NCBI GenBank assembly: GCA_964451305.1
Contig: CAYVHV010000004.1
Location: 36,417-100,416 of the forward strand
From: an uncultured Acidimicrobiales bacterium
Lineage (GTDB): Bacteria; Actinomycetota; Acidimicrobiia; Acidimicrobiales; SHLQ01
DNA: 64,000 nt
Reading direction: 5' to 3'
Under the pieces are notes generated by a model, which did no database searches, had not been told where the DNA came from, and was given only the letters and a program-made list of their open reading frames with translations. The stretch's first letter is position 1. The number at the start of each line of letters is the position of its first letter. Shown one piece after another: positions 57,543 to 64,000 of the stretch. The position numbers were made by a program, and so were the translations under genes.

Positions 57543-60527
57543 CTAGGAGACCCGAATATCGCCGTCGTCTATGAGGTCCGTTTCGCTACCGCCGCGTACA
57601 AAATCGTTGCTTCCGACGCTGATAAGTACGTCATCGCCGCGGCCGCCAAGAACTGTGTCGGGCTGCGGTCCGCCGATCAGTCGGTCAGCCCCTGCCTCCC
57701 CAGCAACCGTGTCTGCACCAGGCCCGCCCGAAATAATGTCGGCCCCGTCGCCACCGGATAGGTCGTCGGCGCCGTAGCCACCAAAGATGAGGTCGGCACC
57801 GGCGCCCCCATCGACCTCGTCGGCTCCGAGACCAGCATCGATCGTGTCCGTGCCGAATCCTCCGTCGATGGTGTCTGAACCACCTTCGCCCAGCAGGAGG
57901 TCGTCCCCGCCATTGCCTTCGATCTCGTCGTTTCCGGTGCCCCCGAACACCCGATCGTCGCCGCTTCCTGCGCTGATTCGATCGTCGCCGCTCCCACCGA
58001 AGATGATGTCGTCGCCGCCGAAGCCGAGGATCGTGTCGTTGCCGCCGAATGCGCAGATCACGTCATTGCCGTTCGTGCCGATCAGTCGGTCGTTGCTCGG
58101 GGTTCCGGTGATCGTGCAGATGGGGTTGACCGTTCCGCCTTCGCATGCGTTTCCAATTCCATCCGCGTCGGAGTCGTACTGAAAGTCGGAGGCGACGGTC
58201 GGGCAGTTATCGGTGGCATCGGGGAACCCGTCGCGGTCGAAGTCTGCGGCTGGGCCGTCGAGGGGTTCGGCGTCGCATGCATTTGGTAGTCCATCGAGAT
58301 CGGCGTCGGACAGGGTTGCATTCGTTACCTGAGGGCACGGGTCGACCGCATCGGAAATGCCGTCACCATCATCATCGGGATCACACGATTGGGTGAGCCC
58401 ATCGCCGTCGATGTCCGCAGCGTTCTCGTCGAAGCTCGATCCGCATGATGCAGCGTCGTCGAGGCCGTCGCCGTCGAGCGTGATGTTGAACGTCGTGACC
58501 GCACGAAGCTGTTCGCGATCTGTCGTCACCTCGACGATGACGGTGTGTTGTCCTTCGCCCACGTTGGTGGTGTCGATCTCGGCGCGCTGGCCGACGCCGA
58601 CGATGGATTCACCGATCGACCAGATGACTTCGGCGGAGGTTGGTCGGCTGACCGTGACATTCGCCTGGACAACAACGCGTTCACTAAGGACGAACTCATA
58701 GCTGTTCGCGACGTCGAGATTGGTGAGCGCGATGACCGGGTCCGGAGCGGGGAGCGCATTGGCGAGGTCGGCCGTATCGGCGCTGCTGACGGTGATCTGT
58801 GACCCGGTTGTGAACTCGGCGACGCTCGCCGCCATTTCGACGGTCGGTGCAATGATCTCGATCTGGCCTGCGACACCGGACAAGATCTCGGCGAACGAAC
58901 CGTCGTCGTCAACCGGTAGTACGAGCGAGCCTGCTCGCACGATGATCGACCGTTCCGAGGTTGGGCCGTCGAGGAACTCACCAGCGGAGATGATGGCCGC
59001 CGCAAGGTCGTCGAGGGTGGTCACGCCATCTGAGGTTGCAAGGTTGGAGAGCTCGGTGGTGACCGCTTCTGAGGTGGTGAGTGGTCCTGGACTGATCACC
59101 GGACCAACGGTGACCGGTTCGACAAAGATCGGCGTCACCACAACGGGTTCTACATCAACAGGCTCTGGAGTGAGTGGTACGGCCTGATCACGCAGCTCTT
59201 CAGCGGCTGGCACTTCAGCCTCCGGTTCGTTCTGCAGACCTCGAGAAAGAGCGACGTCGTTGGACTGCGCTGGCTCTTCGGTTTCCAGGGTCTCTTCGGG
59301 GAGGGGAGCATCGTCGATGGCCGGCGGGGTTTGTTCAGCCGCAGGAGGAGGTTCCACAACGGCTTGGTCCTCGTTTTCCTCTTGGTCTTCGCTGGGGGCG
59401 GGGGAGTCCTCGATCGGTTCAGGTTCTGGAAGACGTTCTGGTTCACGCTCAGGCTCTGGCTCGGGTTCAGGCGCGCTCTCGGAGGTTGTGGCGCTCACGA
59501 TGAGTACTTGCGGGTTGGCGTTGGCGACTTCGAATTGCTCGAACCACCCCGCTGTTGCAGCAGCGAGCGCCTCGTGATCGGTCCGATCGCTCGTTGCAGT
59601 CCCGAGCACGAGCGCGACCTGCGCGTCGGTGTTTTCTACGACATCTGGAAGCGTACCGCTCGGCATAATGGCACCCAGGAGATCTGCGAGTGCGGCTGTT
59701 CCAGCGTCGTTCGGCGTGCCGATGAACATCCCGGATTGCTGGAGCCAAGGGGCGTCGTCGTCCAAACGGTGTTGGTTGAACAAGACGTCGGTCTCGATGA
59801 GCAACAGCGGAGACTCATCGGCCTCAACAACGGCTTGGCGAAGTGCGCGTGCGACGTCGAATGCGGAGCGGACTTGCTCAAAGGAATCGGTGGATGCGCC
59901 ACAGCAGCTCTGGCCTACAACGTTCGGCCCGGTCGTGACCGGTACCGGCGGCGCGACGATCACGATGGTGGCGTCGGGAGCGATCCGTCGAGACTGTTCG
60001 AGAAAAGAGCGCCAAAGAACAAACGAGTTAGACGCACTCGCGCGAGCGAGTCCCGCTTCTTCCTGACAGCCAGAAATCGACTGTGTCTGCGGTGTCAAAC
60101 AGGCGCTCGCCAACGACGCGAAATCAAACTCGAGTCCGAGTCCGCCAACCACCACGACATCGGTATCGGCTCGCATTTGAGGGAGTTGATCTCGCACCAC
60201 TTCGGCCATCTCCGACCCGGGGCACGACAAGTTCTCAACCGTCACCACCGTGTCGAGAATCTCTCTCGCGGCTTGTTCAACTGGCCCGTTGTGCGAGGCG
60301 CGACATGCATCGGCGGAAACTGGAGCGACCGTCGGTGACCCGAGGAAGCCATCGCCCAACACCGAAACGACCGCTCCTGGCAAGATTGATTCGCTTACAG
60401 GAGCCAAGGTCTGGCCTTCTCCGTTCCCGTTTTGGCCAAACAGCGTTTCCGAACTCAGAAGCGATGCGATCAACACCAGCGGAAGGAACGCGATCAGCAG
60501 TCGTTTTGGTGAGTTCGAGGCAAACAT
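57543..60527 (-). CDS. Large secreted protein: degenerate SGNH + degenerate vWA + Ig/PKD-like + TSP3 repeats + RTX-like repeats
   Basis: Signal peptide; LGDG, CRAS, SCPGS, TPN; DxDGDG..D.CP repeats; GGxGxD repeats; TAATCT-N7-ATG start. Confidence 0.8.
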   Translation of the reverse strand: MFASNSPKRLLIAFLPLVLIASLLSSETLFGQNGNGEGQTLAPVSESILPGAVVSVLGDGFLGSPTVAPVSADACRASHNGPVEQAAREILDTVVTVENLSCPGSEMAEVVRDQLPQMRADTDVVVVGGLGLEFDFASLASACLTPQTQSISGCQEEAGLARASASNSFVLWRSFLEQSRRIAPDATIVIVAPPVPVTTGPNVVGQSCCGASTDSFEQVRSAFDVARALRQAVVEADESPLLLIETDVLFNQHRLDDDAPWLQQSGMFIGTPNDAGTAALADLLGAIMPSGTLPDVVENTDAQVALVLGTATSDRTDHEALAAATAGWFEQFEVANANPQVLIVSATTSESAPEPEPEPEREPERLPEPEPIEDSPAPSEDQEENEDQAVVEPPPAAEQTPPAIDDAPLPEETLETEEPAQSNDVALSRGLQNEPEAEVPAAEELRDQAVPLTPEPVDVEPVVVTPIFVEPVTVGPVISPGPLTTSEAVTTELSNLATSDGVTTLDDLAAAIISAGEFLDGPTSERSIIVRAGSLVLPVDDDGSFAEILSGVAGQIEIIAPTVEMAASVAEFTTGSQITVSSADTADLANALPAPDPVIALTNLDVANSYEFVLSERVVVQANVTVSRPTSAEVIWSIGESIVGVGQRAEIDTTNVGEGQHTVIVEVTTDREQLRAVTTFNITLDGDGLDDAASCGSSFDENAADIDGDGLTQSCDPDDDGDGISDAVDPCPQVTNATLSDADLDGLPNACDAEPLDGPAADFDRDGFPDATDNCPTVASDFQYDSDADGIGNACEGGTVNPICTITGTPSNDRLIGTNGNDVICAFGGNDTILGFGGDDIIFGGSGDDRISAGSGDDRVFGGTGNDEIEGNGGDDLLLGEGGSDTIDGGFGTDTIDAGLGADEVDGGAGADLIFGGYGADDLSGGDGADIISGGPGADTVAGEAGADRLIGGPQPDTVLGGRGDDVLISVGSNDFVRGGSETDLIDDGDIRVS

Positions 60528-60642
60528 GGCCCAGAGATTACGCGTCGGTGAGGTTGGGTGAGCGGAGGGTCGGACCAAAACAGCTCCGAACGCAACCACG
60601 CGGACTACTCATGTTCAGCCCAAAAATGACGATGTTGGCTCT

Positions 60643-61932
60643 ATGTCCACGGTTCCAAACACCACAGCGTACCCAACTTCTCCTTCCACGATGGAAGGGT
60701 TGGGCGTTCCCGTCAGCATTGTTGAAGACATCATTCTTCAACGCCTCGTGTTGGAAGGACGTTCGTCGGTCAGCGTTATGGCCAAGGCCACGGGGCTTTC
60801 GGTCGGCATCGTCGACGGTGTTGTCGATGGACTCAAGCAGCGCGTGTTGCTCGAGTTTCAAGGCATGAACGGGCGCGATTACATCATTGCTCCCACGGAC
60901 AAAGGCAAGGCCGAAGCGATCAGCCGGGCTCAGGCCACGTCATATGCTGGCTATGCGCCGGTATCGCTCGACGAGTACACGCATGTCGTTCACGCACAAA
61001 AGGGTCGCTCAGCGGTCAACGAAGCAACGTTGAGCGAAGCGTTCAGCGACCTCATCATCGAACCCGGGTTCTTCGATGAACTCGGACCTGCGCTCGTTTC
61101 GAAGGGCGCTGTCTTCCTCTACGGCCCTCCAGGAACCGGTAAGACCTCTCTCGCAGAGCGCATGATCAAGATGTACAAGGAAGCAATCCTCGTACCGCGC
61201 GCTGTCGAATACGACCGTGCGATCATCACCGTGTACGACCCATCGATTCATGAGGCCGTCGAGCAACCTGCGGGTCTCGATCCGCGATGGGTTCTCTGCA
61301 CTCGTCCATTCGTCCTCGTCGGTGGTGAGCTCACCGGCCAGCATCTCGATCTCGATCGGGATGACTCGAGTGGTGTCTATCGTGCGCCGCTGCAAATGAA
61401 GGCGAACAACGGCATCTTCGTTATCGATGACTTCGGCCGTCAGAAGATGACGCCAGAAGCGCTCCTCAACCGTTGGATCGTCCCGCTCTCGCGCAGCATC
61501 GACTTCCTCACGCTCGCTCACGGCGCATCCTTTCAGATTCCCTTCGATGCAAAGGTGGTCTTCTCGACCAACATGCGGCCAGATCAACTCGGCGATGACG
61601 CCTTCGCACGTCGTATTCCGAACAAGGTGTTTGTTGGGCAGATCGAAGCGTCTACGTTCGACCGGGTCCTCGCTGCGGTATGCAAGGCAATGGGCATCAG
61701 CTGCAACCAAGAGTCAGCGGACTACCTCAAGACCTTCATCCTGGAGAACTCCGAAGGCGGCCTCCGTCCGTACTACCCAGCTGACTTTGGCAAGACCCTC
61801 ACATCGATTTGTGAGTACGAAGGCCGGGCAAAGGTGCTCGACAAAGACGCCATCGACCGTGTTGCGAAGATCTACTTCACACGAGACGACGCTGCTGGTC
61901 ACTGGCAAACGCAGGCTCAGGTCGCCGCCTAA
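60643..61932 (+). CDS. AAA+ ATPase of unknown function with N-terminal wHTH-like region
   Basis: GPPGTGKTS, VGGEL, APLQMKANNG, IDDFGRQ, LNRWIVP, FSTN, AFARR. Confidence 0.85.
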   Translation: MSTVPNTTAYPTSPSTMEGLGVPVSIVEDIILQRLVLEGRSSVSVMAKATGLSVGIVDGVVDGLKQRVLLEFQGMNGRDYIIAPTDKGKAEAISRAQATSYAGYAPVSLDEYTHVVHAQKGRSAVNEATLSEAFSDLIIEPGFFDELGPALVSKGAVFLYGPPGTGKTSLAERMIKMYKEAILVPRAVEYDRAIITVYDPSIHEAVEQPAGLDPRWVLCTRPFVLVGGELTGQHLDLDRDDSSGVYRAPLQMKANNGIFVIDDFGRQKMTPEALLNRWIVPLSRSIDFLTLAHGASFQIPFDAKVVFSTNMRPDQLGDDAFARRIPNKVFVGQIEASTFDRVLAAVCKAMGISCNQESADYLKTFILENSEGGLRPYYPADFGKTLTSICEYEGRAKVLDKDAIDRVAKIYFTRDDAAGHWQTQAQVAA

Positions 61933-63074
61933 GTCGCCCGTATAGCCACCGTGTGATGGCCTTGCACTCCGTACGGTGCTGCGGGTTCTTGCTCTGATGG
62001 CTGGGTGAAACCAGTGTTGTCGGTAGCGCGCACCGCCATGATCCAATCGCCGGGTGGCGCGTTCCACTCGTAACGCCATTGCACCCACGTTTCGACTGAC
62101 TCAACTTCGGCGAGCTCGGCGGAGACCCACTCGATCGCGTCCGGATCGGCAGCGTTTGCGAAGCCCACTTCCACAGCGGCGATACCGACGGCTGGATTCC
62201 ACGCCACACCTGCAATCGTGGTCGGTCCCGAGACCGCGCCATCACGTCGTACCGGAGTGTCGATACGTGACTGGGTGCGAACCGCTGCATCCTTGCTCCA
62301 GCCGCGTGGCTGCCAATACCCGTCGACGCCGACCCAATCGGTCACCTCGATGCTGGTCAACCATTTGGTGGAGCAGACGTCTGCGTACATTCCCGATGTG
62401 ATCAGTCGGGCGGGAAAGCCATGGTCTCGCGGGAGCACTTCACCGTTCATGAAGAGCGCCACCATCGCTGTCCGCCCATCGAATGCCCGTGGCAACGGAT
62501 AGCCGGCGCTGTAGTCGTCGGCGGCTCGAGAGAACAACTGATGAGCCGTGTTGCTGGGATCTCGAACGCCGGCCTCTTCAAGAAGTTCGGTGAGCGGAAC
62601 CCCAGTCCAGAATGCGTTCCCGATGAGTTCGCCTCCGATCGGGTTCGAAATGCACGGGAGCGTCACTTCAGCAGTGACGAGATCTCGGTTGAGGAGTTCG
62701 TCGTAGGAAAGACTCAGCGGATTGTCCACGTGAGGACCGCCGACGTTCAGCGACCAGTCCGCAGGGTCGATGTTCGATCTCTGAAGAGCGATGTCGAATA
62801 CGTAGAACTCGTTCCCATTGGCGGAGTCGACCGGCGTGATGAACGGAGAGATGCCGCCGACGCTGTCGAAACCCCCGGTCGAGGGAACGTACAGGTCGCC
62901 GGTGACCGTGCGCAGGATTTGGTCGCGTGCAGCTTGCGTCGACGCAGCAGTGTCCATGCGATCCAAGCGGGATATTCCAATGGCCGCAGCTGCAGCGATT
63001 GCAGCGCTACCAGCGATCAGGGTGCGGCGCGAGGGAGAGAAGGACCCGTCAGGAGACCCGTCGCCCTCGCCCAT
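61929..63074 (-). CDS. Sulfite-oxidase-family molybdopterin oxidoreductase with Tat-like signal
   Basis: SRRTLIAG + hydrophobic stretch; TLPCISN Mo-Cys, GNAFWTGV, HGFPARL, KW, YWQPRGW, SRID. Confidence 0.88.
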   Translation of the reverse strand: MGEGDGSPDGSFSPSRRTLIAGSAAIAAAAAIGISRLDRMDTAASTQAARDQILRTVTGDLYVPSTGGFDSVGGISPFITPVDSANGNEFYVFDIALQRSNIDPADWSLNVGGPHVDNPLSLSYDELLNRDLVTAEVTLPCISNPIGGELIGNAFWTGVPLTELLEEAGVRDPSNTAHQLFSRAADDYSAGYPLPRAFDGRTAMVALFMNGEVLPRDHGFPARLITSGMYADVCSTKWLTSIEVTDWVGVDGYWQPRGWSKDAAVRTQSRIDTPVRRDGAVSGPTTIAGVAWNPAVGIAAVEVGFANAADPDAIEWVSAELAEVESVETWVQWRYEWNAPPGDWIMAVRATDNTGFTQPSEQEPAAPYGVQGHHTVAIRAT

Positions 63075-63092
63075 CTCAGCTCACCGAATCAG

Positions 63093-63998
63093 CTACGTCG
63101 CTCGGACGATGATCGTGTGGTATCCCTCGGCGCCGTTTGGTGCAGGTTGCACGATCGTTGGTGATTGGGTAAAGCCGGTTCGGTCGGTTGCACGAACCTG
63201 AATGAACCAATCTCCAGCGGGAGCGTCCCATTCGTAGCGCCACTGGACCCATGTCTCGTCGGACTCGACTTCGGCGAGTTCGGCTGGGAGCCACTCGGTG
63301 GTCGCTTGGTCTTCGTTGCTTGTGAACCCGACCTCGACCATGTCGATACCGATCGTTGGGTTCCACGCAATACCGGCGATGGTCATCGGTCCGGAGGCAA
63401 GAGAACCACCCTGCTGCGGCGTGTCGATCCGAGATTGTGTCTTGACGGGGCCTTCCTTGCTCCAGCCGCGTGGCTGCCAGAAGCCGTCGACACCGATCCA
63501 GTCGGTCACTTGGATCTCTTCGACCCACTTGGTTGCCGACACGTAGCCGTAGAGGCCCGCGACGACGAGCCGTGCGGGGAAGCCATGGATGAGCGGCAGA
63601 GGCTCGCCGTTCATCATGAGGGCGACCATGGTGGTGCGGCCGTCGTAGGCGAGAGGAAGTGGGAAACCGCAGGTAAAGCCGTCTACTGAACGACTAAAGA
63701 TCTGATGCTCTGCGTTCGTTGGATCCTGGACCCCAGCTTCTTCGAGGAGTTCGGTGAGTGGAACACCGGTCCACACTGCGTTGCCGACGAGTTCGCCGCC
63801 CACCGGGTTCGAGACGCACGAAAGGGTGACCTCTGTCGTGACGAGCTCTCGGTTGAGGAGGTCCTCATAGGTGTAGGTGATCGGGTTGTCGACGTACGGT
63901 CCAGTGATGGACAGTTCCCACGTGCTCGGATCGACCTCAGGCTTTCGGATTGCGGTATCGATCAGATAGAACTCATCTTCAGGGTTGATCGGCGTAAT
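63093..63998 (-). CDS. Sulfite-oxidase-family molybdopterin oxidoreductase (5' truncated by window edge)
   Basis: Frame stays open to the window end (ITPINPEDEFYLIDTA...TLSCVSNPVGGEL); HGFPARLVVAGLYGYVSATKW. Confidence 0.9.
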   Translation of the reverse strand: MTPINPEDEFYLIDTAIRKPEVDPSTWELSITGPYVDNPITYTYEDLLNRELVTTEVTLSCVSNPVGGELVGNAVWTGVPLTELLEEAGVQDPTNAEHQIFSRSVDGFTCGFPLPLAYDGRTTMVALMMNGEPLPLIHGFPARLVVAGLYGYVSATKWVEEIQVTDWIGVDGFWQPRGWSKEGPVKTQSRIDTPQQGGSLASGPMTIAGIAWNPTIGIDMVEVGFTSNEDQATTEWLPAELAEVESDETWVQWRYEWDAPAGDWFIQVRATDRTGFTQSPTIVQPAPNGAEGYHTIIVRAT

Positions 63999-64000
63999 GA

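Noticed and set aside
57560-58100. GGxGxD coding repeats (also about 31250-31620) as an RTX toxin/T1SS locus
   Set aside because: Both proteins have Sec-type signal peptides and no T1SS genes are present; these are common actinobacterial Ca-binding repeats.

Overview
High-GC actinobacterial chromosome segment, probably Acidimicrobiia (inferred from gene content and many apparently leaderless TAnnnT-N6/7-start genes). It is densely coding, with about 56 CDS plus two unlisted small single-TM ORFs. I found no rRNA, tRNA, CRISPR array, transposase or prophage. Main blocks: (1) purine/nucleoside salvage and catabolism (deoD, phosphosugar mutase, 8-oxoguanine-deaminase-like amidohydrolase, two-gene xanthine-dehydrogenase-family enzyme, BMP nucleoside ABC transporter, secreted 5'-nucleotidase); (2) a redox cluster (glutaredoxin-GNAT fusion, AhpD/CMD, TetR); (3) scattered housekeeping genes (chdC/hemQ, fdhD, HisA-HisI-HisE fusion, amidase, MetB-like lyase, ATP-dependent ligase, glgB); (4) a sulfur/molybdoenzyme hub (cysH, siroheme synthesis, sulfite reductase, GntR, YeiE/CysL-type LysR divergent from a ferredoxin-NrfD fusion and a Tat-less bis-MGD oxidoreductase, orphan queF, MOSC, tandem sulfite-oxidase-family genes). 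Best leads: the LysR-controlled cytoplasm-facing Mo-sulfur-oxyanion module; a dispersed set of sigma28-like promoters in front of unknown genes, including a tandem paralog pair separated by a perfect 43-bp palindrome; a candidate sRNA with a CCUCCUCCC anti-SD loop; and several catalytically degenerate domains. All family assignments come from motif recognition by eye; no database searches were run.
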